Assembly (NCBI GenBank): GCA_029938715.1
Contig: JAOZUK010000001.1
Location: 23,912-87,911 of the forward strand
DNA from: Bacteroidales bacterium
Lineage (GTDB): Bacteria; Bacteroidota; Bacteroidia; Bacteroidales; GCA-2748055
Length of the DNA: 64,000 nt
Reading direction: 5' to 3'
Shown: positions 28,298-36,623 of the stretch, one piece after another
Layout of the letters: every line of letters starts with the position of its first letter
Position numbering within the stretch: the first letter of the stretch is position 1
Program-made: the position numbers and the translations under genes
The notes under the pieces: generated by a model
The model's input: only the letters and a program-made list of their open reading frames with translations
The model's database searches: none
Told to the model about the DNA's origin: nothing

Positions 28298-29878
28298 ATG
28301 GGACACGGTAAAGAATCACCGAGACAAAAAATGATCGGTATGATGTATTTGGTGCTGACCGCAATGTTGGCACTAAATGTATCAAAAGAGGTGCTTGACG
28401 CTTTTACGCTGGTTGATGACGGACTGACTACAACCACACGGAATTTTGCTGCCGAGAACGATGCCTTGTATGCACGAATGGATACTGAGTATCAGTTGAA
28501 TCAAAGCAAAGTGGGAGATTGGAAAACCAGGGCAGATGAAGTGAAGGCCCGCTCCAATGAACTCTATGAATTTATCAACCTGTGTAAGATTGAGATTGTT
28601 CAGGTGAAAGATGAGGAAGCCATTCATGATGGGGAAGTTCGCCTGGCAGATGTTGATATTAAGGACGACACCAACATACCGGGCGAAATCATGATAGTGG
28701 GCAATAGGGGTGCTGAACTGAAATCTCATGTGGAAGAGTACAGGGAGTTCCTGCTCTCCTATGTGGATGACAAGGAGACCTATGCCACAACCATCGAAGC
28801 CATTGAAGGAACCCTCAACACGGAAGTTCCCGAACTGGGGCTTCATTCGGGAAGTAAGAAAGGGGCCACCCCCACCTGGGAATCTACCTATTTTGAAAAC
28901 CTTCCCCTTGCATCTGTGATTACGATCCTTTCTAAAATGCAGGGAGATATCCGCAATGTTGAATCTGAGATGCTCGGTTTCCTGCTGGACCAGATAGATG
29001 CCGGAGATTTCAGTATGAATGTTCTTGAAGCTGTGGTTATTCCAAACTCAAACTATGTTTTTAAGGGTCAGGAATACCGGGCCCAGGTCTTCCTGGCAGC
29101 GTATGATTCCACCAATACTCCCAAGGTGCTTCTTACCAACGGGCAGGAGCTTACTGTAGATGCCGGGAAAGGCATCTACACAACATCCTCAAATTCCATA
29201 GGCATCAAGAAATGGGGAGGAACCATCCAGCTGGAAGATGGGGGCAAAACCATTAGCAAATCCTTCGAAGCATCCTTCGAAGTTGCTGAAGCCAATGCCA
29301 CCATATCGGCTACAGGGATGAATGTATTTTACCGCGGTATTGCTAATCCAGTGGCTATCTCGGCAGGTGGTGTAGCAGAGAGGGATGTGGATGCCAGGAT
29401 CTCTTCCGGGAATATTTCCAGGAAAAGTCCGGGTGTTTATGAAGTGCTTCCCGGTTTACAGGGAGATAATGCAACCATCAGTGTGTATGCCAGTGTGGAT
29501 GGATCCCGTAGATTAATGGGCAACATGGATTTTAGGGTATTGCCCCTACCAACACCCGATGCCATTGTGCAAGGCATCAGGGGATCTGAAGGTGCACTTA
29601 CGGTAGGTAAACTCTCCCAGCTTAAGCTTGTGGAGGCCAAAGCCAAAGATTTTGTATTTGAAGTGGACTACGAGATTGTCTCCTTTGAAGTGGCCTTTAT
29701 GGGACAGGGAGGGATGTGGAGTACAATGTCTGCCTCCAATGAACGGTTCACCAATCAACAAAAACAGCTGTTTCAGCAGTTAAAAAGCGGACAGCGGATT
29801 ATGATAGAAAAAATCAAGGCCTCTGGCCCTGACGGAGTAATTAGAAGTCTTAATAGCATCACCATAACAGTAAGATAA
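28298..29878 (+). CDS. gldM: T9SS motor subunit GldM/PorM
   Basis: PRQKMIGMMYLVLTAMLALNVS, LAAYDST, MNVFYRGIANP. Confidence 0.95.
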   Translation: MGHGKESPRQKMIGMMYLVLTAMLALNVSKEVLDAFTLVDDGLTTTTRNFAAENDALYARMDTEYQLNQSKVGDWKTRADEVKARSNELYEFINLCKIEIVQVKDEEAIHDGEVRLADVDIKDDTNIPGEIMIVGNRGAELKSHVEEYREFLLSYVDDKETYATTIEAIEGTLNTEVPELGLHSGSKKGATPTWESTYFENLPLASVITILSKMQGDIRNVESEMLGFLLDQIDAGDFSMNVLEAVVIPNSNYVFKGQEYRAQVFLAAYDSTNTPKVLLTNGQELTVDAGKGIYTTSSNSIGIKKWGGTIQLEDGGKTISKSFEASFEVAEANATISATGMNVFYRGIANPVAISAGGVAERDVDARISSGNISRKSPGVYEVLPGLQGDNATISVYASVDGSRRLMGNMDFRVLPLPTPDAIVQGIRGSEGALTVGKLSQLKLVEAKAKDFVFEVDYEIVSFEVAFMGQGGMWSTMSASNERFTNQQKQLFQQLKSGQRIMIEKIKASGPDGVIRSLNSITITVR

Positions 29879-29879
29879 G

Positions 29880-30788
29880 ATGAAGGCAAGAAGATTTATT
29901 TTAGGAGTGGCATTCATGTCATTCGGGGTATTTTCCCTTACGGCTCAAAACCCCAATGTGAATACATCCATGACTCCCGGTAATGCACCGGTGATCTCAT
30001 CCTATACACCCTCAACGGATGTATACAAAGCGGAATCGATCATTCCGGAAAAGAAACCGGTTCCCTACAGTTACATCCGAGAAGCAGATGTAATGTGGGC
30101 CAAGGATGTATGGCGCACCATTGACCTCCGGCACCGCATGAACATGCCGCTTCGTTACCCCCTGGAGGGTTCGATCAGCGATGGTGACAGATACAGCCTG
30201 TTTGGTCTGCTTATGGAGGGAATCAAGACAGAGGAGATTACTCCCTATGAGTGGAATCCCATTACCGGATGGAAAGATCCCTTTGCCAAAGTGACCAGCC
30301 TGGAACAGATCTACATAGCATCAGAAGGAGATACCGTTTACGATGTGGATGGAAACTTTTTAAGGGTGGCACAATCCATGCAAAATGTGATGCAGTTTCA
30401 ACTTCAGGAGCAGTGGTTTTTTGATAAGCAGCACTCTACCATGAAAGTGCGCATTATCGCCCTTGCGCCGGTCTATTATCAGTATTTCAACGAATTTGGG
30501 GAACCACTGCCCTCACCCAGACCCGGGGTTCCTTTTATTGTGCACTTCCCCCAGTGCCGCAGGCTATTTGCCACTCACGGTGTTTACAACCCAAAGAACG
30601 ATGCCCAGGTAGTCTCCTTTGATGACCTCTTCTTTCAGCGGCGTTTTTCAAGCACAGTGATTGCCGAATCCAATGTCTTCGGGAACCGCATGTTAACAGA
30701 TTATAAAGTGGGTCAGGATATCCTTTTGGAAGCCGAACGGATCAAGAATGATCTGTTTATCATGGAACACGATCTCTGGGAATACTAG
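29880..30788 (+). CDS. gldN: T9SS periplasmic protein GldN/PorN
   Basis: READVMW.K.VWR.IDL, W.FDK, SFDD.F..R.F, EHDLWEY. Confidence 0.93.
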   Translation: MKARRFILGVAFMSFGVFSLTAQNPNVNTSMTPGNAPVISSYTPSTDVYKAESIIPEKKPVPYSYIREADVMWAKDVWRTIDLRHRMNMPLRYPLEGSISDGDRYSLFGLLMEGIKTEEITPYEWNPITGWKDPFAKVTSLEQIYIASEGDTVYDVDGNFLRVAQSMQNVMQFQLQEQWFFDKQHSTMKVRIIALAPVYYQYFNEFGEPLPSPRPGVPFIVHFPQCRRLFATHGVYNPKNDAQVVSFDDLFFQRRFSSTVIAESNVFGNRMLTDYKVGQDILLEAERIKNDLFIMEHDLWEY

Positions 30789-30816
30789 AAAGAACTTGTG
30801 TCTCGTCCTGAAGTAG

Positions 30817-31911
30817 CTACATCATGCCATCCCCGATTTCGGTCTTGATTTCGTTGACGTATTGCTTGATCTTCTGCTCTTCCTCTCGTTTGCACACAAG
30901 TATGATGTTCTCATTCTGCACCACAATGTAATCGTTCAGGCCCTGGAGAACTACCAGCTTATCGTCCTGTACATTGACAATGTTGCCCGACGATTCATAC
31001 ATAAAAACATGCTTCCCGGTAACCGAATTCTGAACTTCATCTTTAGCCAGTTGCTCGTAAAGGGATCCCCATGTGCCAAGGTCCGACCATCCGAAATCGG
31101 AGACCAGGACAAACACATTATCTGCTTTCTCCATCACCCCGTAGTCGATGCTGATATTCCGACAACTTCCATAGGTCTTTTTAATGAAATCGTCCTCATC
31201 CGCTGTCCCATAAACACCTTCTCCATCGCGAAACAGGTTGTGAATCTCGGGTAAATGATTCTCAAAAGATTGCATAATGGTTTTTAGAGACCAAAAGAAA
31301 ATGCCTGAATTCCAGTAGAAATCACCACTGTCCAGAAACACTTTTGCAAGTTTCAGATCTGGCTTTTCGGTGAAGGTCTTCACCTTCCGCAACCCAGTGG
31401 ATTCATATCCCTTGACCTTCTTTTCAATGGATTGAATATAACCATATCCGGTTTCCGGTCTGCTGGGCACTATCCCCATGGTAAGAAGTGCATCATTTAC
31501 GGTTACAAAATCAAGTGCCTGCTTCACATAACGGAGGAACTCCTCCTCTTTCATAATCAAATGATCAGAAGGAGCCACCACGATACGGGCATTGGGTTCT
31601 TTCATATGAATCCTGAAATTTGCAAATTCGATACATGGTGCTGTATTCCTTCGCAGGGGTTCCAGAAGAATATTTTCTTCTGGCAAATCAGGTATCTGAC
31701 TTACAATAAGCTCTTTATACTCCAGATTGCTTACAATAAAGATCTGGTCGGGTGGCATTATTTTGTTAAATCTGTCGTAGGTTTGTTGCAGCAGTGTTCT
31801 CCCCGTTCCGAGAATATCAAGGAACTGCTTGGGGCGCTCTGTCTTACTTAGGGGCCAGAACCGACTTCCGATCCCTCCCGCCATTATGACGCAATAATTA
31901 AGTTTATCCAT
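30817..31911 (-). CDS. manC: mannose-1-phosphate guanylyltransferase
   Basis: IMAGGIGSRFWPLS...PKQF, RNTAP, PETGYGYI, SIDYGVMEK, WSDLGTW. Confidence 0.93.
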   Translation of the reverse strand: MDKLNYCVIMAGGIGSRFWPLSKTERPKQFLDILGTGRTLLQQTYDRFNKIMPPDQIFIVSNLEYKELIVSQIPDLPEENILLEPLRRNTAPCIEFANFRIHMKEPNARIVVAPSDHLIMKEEEFLRYVKQALDFVTVNDALLTMGIVPSRPETGYGYIQSIEKKVKGYESTGLRKVKTFTEKPDLKLAKVFLDSGDFYWNSGIFFWSLKTIMQSFENHLPEIHNLFRDGEGVYGTADEDDFIKKTYGSCRNISIDYGVMEKADNVFVLVSDFGWSDLGTWGSLYEQLAKDEVQNSVTGKHVFMYESSGNIVNVQDDKLVVLQGLNDYIVVQNENIILVCKREEEQKIKQYVNEIKTEIGDGMM

Positions 31912-32047
31912 TAATTTTCCAGTAGGTGCGTAAATTGCTATTTGATTATCAATCTACATTAAATATAGTTGGTTTTTAATTAACACCCTTTTATCTCAGG
32001 ATGTTTTATAAGATAATTGATATATTACACTTTATTAAGGATAATCC

Positions 32048-32788
32048 ATGCGTCTGCTAGAACAAATAGGAACCTATTTTCTTTTTATGAAGAGGGCGTT
32101 TAGCCGCCCTGAGAAGTTTTCGATCCTTTATCGACAAACCATGAGGGAAATTGATAAGATAGGGATCAACTCTTTTCCAATTGTGGTGATTGTTTCTCTT
32201 TTCGTAGGGGCAGTGATTACCATTCAAAGTAATTATAACATAGAAAATCCATTGCTCCCCCGCTACCTGGTGGGTCTTACGGTAAGGGATTCCCTGCTGC
32301 TGGAATTTTCCTCCACCATGGTGGCACTGATCCTGGCGGGTAAGGTGGGCTCAAGCATTGCTTCTGAGCTGGGGATGATGCGCATTACAGAACAAATCGA
32401 TGCCCTGGAGGTAATGGGCATTAATTCGGTCTCCTACCTGGTCATGCCCAAGATCATTGCAGCGGTAGTATTCTTTCCCGTACTCTGCCTGTTAAGCATT
32501 GCAATGGGTCTGCTCGGGGGATATATCTCCTGTATTGCTGCAAATGTAATCGCTCCTTCTGAGTATATCTATGGAATCCAGTATGAGTTTCGTCCCTATT
32601 ACATCAGCTATTCCCTTACAAAGACTGCTTTCTACGCCCTGATCATTACATCCATTGCCTCCTATTTTGGCTACCATGTTAAGGGAGGTGCTGTGGAAGT
32701 GGGTAAATCCAGCACCAAGGCGGTGGTTCAGAGCAGCATTCTGATTCTGCTTGCCAACCTCATTCTTACCAAGACCATCCTGCAATGA
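32048..32788 (+). CDS. mlaE: MlaE-family ABC permease
   Basis: AGKVGSSIASELG.MRITEQIDALEVMG, GAVEVGKSSTKAVV. Confidence 0.9.
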   Translation: MRLLEQIGTYFLFMKRAFSRPEKFSILYRQTMREIDKIGINSFPIVVIVSLFVGAVITIQSNYNIENPLLPRYLVGLTVRDSLLLEFSSTMVALILAGKVGSSIASELGMMRITEQIDALEVMGINSVSYLVMPKIIAAVVFFPVLCLLSIAMGLLGGYISCIAANVIAPSEYIYGIQYEFRPYYISYSLTKTAFYALIITSIASYFGYHVKGGAVEVGKSSTKAVVQSSILILLANLILTKTILQ

Positions 32789-33531
32789 TCGAGGTAAAAA
32801 ATCTATATAAAAGATATGATGATAATTTTGTCCTTAACGATGTAAGCGTAAAGTTCGAGCAGGGAAAATGCAATCTAATCATTGGACGCAGTGGCTCTGG
32901 AAAAACGGTCCTCTTAAAAAGCATTGTCGGACTCATTGAAACCGATGAAGGTGAGATCTGGTATGATGATCAGAAGTTCAGTCACCTGGACGCCGTTTCA
33001 AAGCAAAATATCAGGAAGGAGATGGGTATGCTATTCCAGGGAGCAGCCCTGTTCGACTCACTTACTGTGGAGGAGAATGTACTATTCCCACTGGATATGT
33101 TTACCTCCTACTCTAGAGGAGAAAAACTGGACCGGGTTAATTTTTGCCTGGAGAAAGTAAAGGTTTCTAAAACCAACAAGTTATATCCTGCCGAATTAAG
33201 CGGAGGAATGAAAAAGCGGGTGGCCATAGCACGGGCCATGGCCTTAAATCCAAGGTACCTGTTTTGCGATGAGCCCAATTCCGGGCTTGATCCTGAGACC
33301 GGAATCGTTATTGACAACCTGATCAAGGAGATTACCGAAGAGTTTAATATGACCACCATCATCAATTCTCATGACATGAATTCGGTGCTTGAGATTGGCG
33401 ATAAGGTGGTTTTTATATATAAAGGTTGTAAATGCTGGGAAGGAACGCGAAAGGATATTCTTAAAACAGACAATGAGGCACTCAATAATTTTGTGTTTGC
33501 CACCAGGCTGGCCCGGCAGATCAAATCGTAG
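32785..33531 (+). CDS. mlaF: MlaF-family ABC ATPase
   Basis: GRSGSGKT, FQGAALFDSLTVEENV, LSGGMKKRVAIARA, DEPNSGLDP. Confidence 0.9.
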   Translation: MIEVKNLYKRYDDNFVLNDVSVKFEQGKCNLIIGRSGSGKTVLLKSIVGLIETDEGEIWYDDQKFSHLDAVSKQNIRKEMGMLFQGAALFDSLTVEENVLFPLDMFTSYSRGEKLDRVNFCLEKVKVSKTNKLYPAELSGGMKKRVAIARAMALNPRYLFCDEPNSGLDPETGIVIDNLIKEITEEFNMTTIINSHDMNSVLEIGDKVVFIYKGCKCWEGTRKDILKTDNEALNNFVFATRLARQIKS

Positions 33532-33543
33532 CGGTATCTGTGT

Positions 33544-34989
33544 TTAATATACCAGGGGCCTGTCTCTGTAGATATCTTTACAACCAAATATCAGATTCAC
33601 TCCAAGCCACACATTTACGGCCCGGGTATCCTGTGGCCAGAACACAAGATTCAGTGCATTGTCTGAAATTACATAAAGATTGAAGGGGCCCGTATGAATT
33701 GAGAAGCCAGCACCCACATTTTTGAAGTAGGAATGAATGTAAGAGTAGCTAAGTGTCAGGTTCAGCCATTGACCCACAGCAAAGTTTGCGGAAGCTGTTA
33801 CCGACTCAGCAATTTGTCCGGTCAGGAAATCGGTTCTTGACAGAAGACCGAAATTTATTTCAGGTGTCACTGAATAGGATGCTCCCACATATAATTTGGT
33901 ATTTAGCTTCCTGGAGTACACTCCTCCCGGTGCAAATTCAAGAAACCCGGAAAGACTATCGCCTATCTGGTTGAAGGCGCTATCCAGATAATTCTCAAAG
34001 GTAAAATCGTCTGAGATTTCCAGCGGATCGATTTCGAATCCCGGAAAGTCATATTCAGTCTTATAGGTCATCTCATGCGTCTCATCTGTCCACTTAATAT
34101 ACCCCACATCAAGTAGACTGGCACTAAGCAACAGATTGTCTGTAGGCCGGTATTCAATACCCAGGTCTATTCCCAACCCAAAGTTCCTGGTATTAAAGGC
34201 ATATTTTGGAAGCTGCCAGGGATCCAGGTCTTCAACCTCATCTTTAAGGGCAATATCGCTAATTTTTCCCTCTTCGTCATAGGTCACATCTGCAAATGGC
34301 AAAGAGGCAGCAAAGTGCATATCCGATAGAATATGCCAGCTATCCTGCGAAGTGGTGAGAGAGAGATTGGAGTTCACGGTAGCTATATTTCCAACACCAA
34401 ACAAAACCTTTCCCCTCACACCTATATTGAGGTTGTCCACAATGGCACCCGACCACCCCACCGAAACTTCATCAAATCCCATCCAGTCGGTAGAAAGACC
34501 ATCCAGGTTGTAAGTTTTTCCATCCTCAGTACCATTTATAAGCAGCACTCCAAGATCACCAGGAACATAGAGACTGCCATCAAACCTGGTGGTGACATCC
34601 ACCGAGAAAAAGCCGATCTCCGTCCTGAATCCCACCGATAGCCAGGAAGTTCCGGAATTAGACAGAAAGTAGTTGGTGGGCTTCAGTTTGTTCAGAAATG
34701 CCTCTTTGTCTCCCAGGGGATGAAGGAAGGTGATCAGAGAGTCCTGAGTGGGATGTGGATAGATCAAATCACTCCATGCATAAGGGCTTGAAGTCTCTTC
34801 AGTCCTGACCGGAGCCAGGAATGGAATGCCAATGTAGAGATCACAGCCCGGCTGATAGGCTGGATTAATCCGGTTGGTTTGAGGGACCCCTTGCATAAAA
34901 TAGAGAGAATTACTCACCTGGGCTCCAGCCTCTATCCCAAATCCTGCTAAGATTCCTATACTAAGTATGAATTTGTAGAGTGACTTCAT
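33544..34989 (-). CDS. DUF5723-like outer-membrane beta-barrel protein
   Basis: Signal peptide; INPA near the N-terminus; GLGIDLG..Y, LSASLLDVGYIKW; amphipathic beta-strands. Confidence 0.75.
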   Translation of the reverse strand: MKSLYKFILSIGILAGFGIEAGAQVSNSLYFMQGVPQTNRINPAYQPGCDLYIGIPFLAPVRTEETSSPYAWSDLIYPHPTQDSLITFLHPLGDKEAFLNKLKPTNYFLSNSGTSWLSVGFRTEIGFFSVDVTTRFDGSLYVPGDLGVLLINGTEDGKTYNLDGLSTDWMGFDEVSVGWSGAIVDNLNIGVRGKVLFGVGNIATVNSNLSLTTSQDSWHILSDMHFAASLPFADVTYDEEGKISDIALKDEVEDLDPWQLPKYAFNTRNFGLGIDLGIEYRPTDNLLLSASLLDVGYIKWTDETHEMTYKTEYDFPGFEIDPLEISDDFTFENYLDSAFNQIGDSLSGFLEFAPGGVYSRKLNTKLYVGASYSVTPEINFGLLSRTDFLTGQIAESVTASANFAVGQWLNLTLSYSYIHSYFKNVGAGFSIHTGPFNLYVISDNALNLVFWPQDTRAVNVWLGVNLIFGCKDIYRDRPLVY

Positions 34990-36620
34990 AACACCCTTGA
35001 ATTAATGATGAGATCTGCGAACAATGAGAGCTTAAAATCCAGCGAGTAGTCCGAGTAGAGTTTCACATCTTTGCTTCCCAACTCAGAGGTATTCATACGT
35101 GCATGAACCTGCAAATAGCGAATCTCTTCAAACTTGCCCAGCTTTTCAGCAGGAAAAATGGCTGTATTTTCCTCTTCTCCTGCCTGGATCAACTTACCCT
35201 CCTGGTCTACCTCAGAGGCCGCCAGTAAAACCTGGTTATCTCCAAAAACAGAATCCAGAACCTGGTAGAATTCATCCAGCAGATATACCTGAAGATCAAG
35301 TTTAATTGGCAACTCATTGACTGTACTCATAGTAAGGTTCACCTGCCGAATCATGCTTGTATCAATCCCCTGATCACCCATCTCAAATTCTATAGTATCT
35401 TCCAAAGCAATCACGGTCGACCGAAAGTCAAGGGGAAGAAGAAACTCTATTTCAATGATAAGCCGGCTGGTATCCAGCACGAAATGCGATTCATCCCCTG
35501 TTCCCTCCTGAGTTCTGCCGGATACCTTGTAAGAAAGAGAGGTGGGTCCAACAGCCAGTAATTCGTTAAAGTTGCTGGTCTCCCGGTTGATATGGAATTC
35601 CTCACTTACTGCACTCCCGATTTGGGTCATGCCAGGTGCAGGAACCATAAATGGATGCCCTTCATAGAACTCCAGCGTTACAGATGATCCGTCCGTTCCG
35701 TTGGAAATTGCACTGTCCATCGTAATTACAAGGGGAACACCCACAGAATTGGTTATCCATACATTGATGCGGGGATCGGCAAACTTCACCGCGGCCAGTT
35801 CCGGATTCTCAGTGTAAAAGGGAATCTCAATGGAGCCACGTTCTGTAAATACGTTCCTGGAATCGATATATCCAAATAGGCTGTAGAAACCCATGTCCAG
35901 GAAATTCAAATCAATTTGACATATATCGTCAGGATCCACCGGATTGCCAGAGTTGGTCAGCACCAGGTCAAAATCGATCTGAATTACATTGGAATCACCC
36001 TTCTCAAAAGTTTCAATATAGTAGTAGTCAGTAAGAACCCTACCAGAATCTTCAAATACTCCACTCTCATCACTACACACCAGTGTAACAAAAAATGGTT
36101 CTCCCCGGGGATCAAGAATCTGCTCACTGCTGATATTTACATATCCATTGTGTTTAAATGAACTCATTACCTCGAGCAGGATCTCTCCTCCCTTGATCCG
36201 AATGCTATCCACCCGGTCGTCCCCATCAAGCTGGATTGCGATAATCTTATTTTTCAGAAAATGCACAATGTCTCCCGGATTACTCTCTGTAAACTCCGGA
36301 ATATTTACATCGGCGGATAGATAGGTCTCGGTATAGACAGCATTGGGAATATCCTCTATGGTGTCGGCCATCACATTTACCACTGTATCGGAGTAAGCAA
36401 GATAGATCAGTCCATCATCAAATTCGCGGGCATAACCTGCCGAATCCACATATTCAACAATGTCGCCTATGTTCAAAGAACCATAAAACAGAGGGGCTAT
36501 CAGTTCCGGATGGATCTCAACCTCATCCGAGAGCTTATCTAGATTAAAATACTCCTTCTGACAATTGGTTAGCAGAAGTGCGCCTGCCATCAGGAACAGT
36601 ATACCGAGTTGACGCTTCAT
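34986..36620 (-). CDS. acidic beta-rich lipoprotein of unknown function
   Basis: Lipobox LTNC followed by QKEYF; overlaps the start of the barrel gene. Confidence 0.75.
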   Translation of the reverse strand: MKRQLGILFLMAGALLLTNCQKEYFNLDKLSDEVEIHPELIAPLFYGSLNIGDIVEYVDSAGYAREFDDGLIYLAYSDTVVNVMADTIEDIPNAVYTETYLSADVNIPEFTESNPGDIVHFLKNKIIAIQLDGDDRVDSIRIKGGEILLEVMSSFKHNGYVNISSEQILDPRGEPFFVTLVCSDESGVFEDSGRVLTDYYYIETFEKGDSNVIQIDFDLVLTNSGNPVDPDDICQIDLNFLDMGFYSLFGYIDSRNVFTERGSIEIPFYTENPELAAVKFADPRINVWITNSVGVPLVITMDSAISNGTDGSSVTLEFYEGHPFMVPAPGMTQIGSAVSEEFHINRETSNFNELLAVGPTSLSYKVSGRTQEGTGDESHFVLDTSRLIIEIEFLLPLDFRSTVIALEDTIEFEMGDQGIDTSMIRQVNLTMSTVNELPIKLDLQVYLLDEFYQVLDSVFGDNQVLLAASEVDQEGKLIQAGEEENTAIFPAEKLGKFEEIRYLQVHARMNTSELGSKDVKLYSDYSLDFKLSLFADLIINSRVL

Positions 36621-36623
36621 GAT

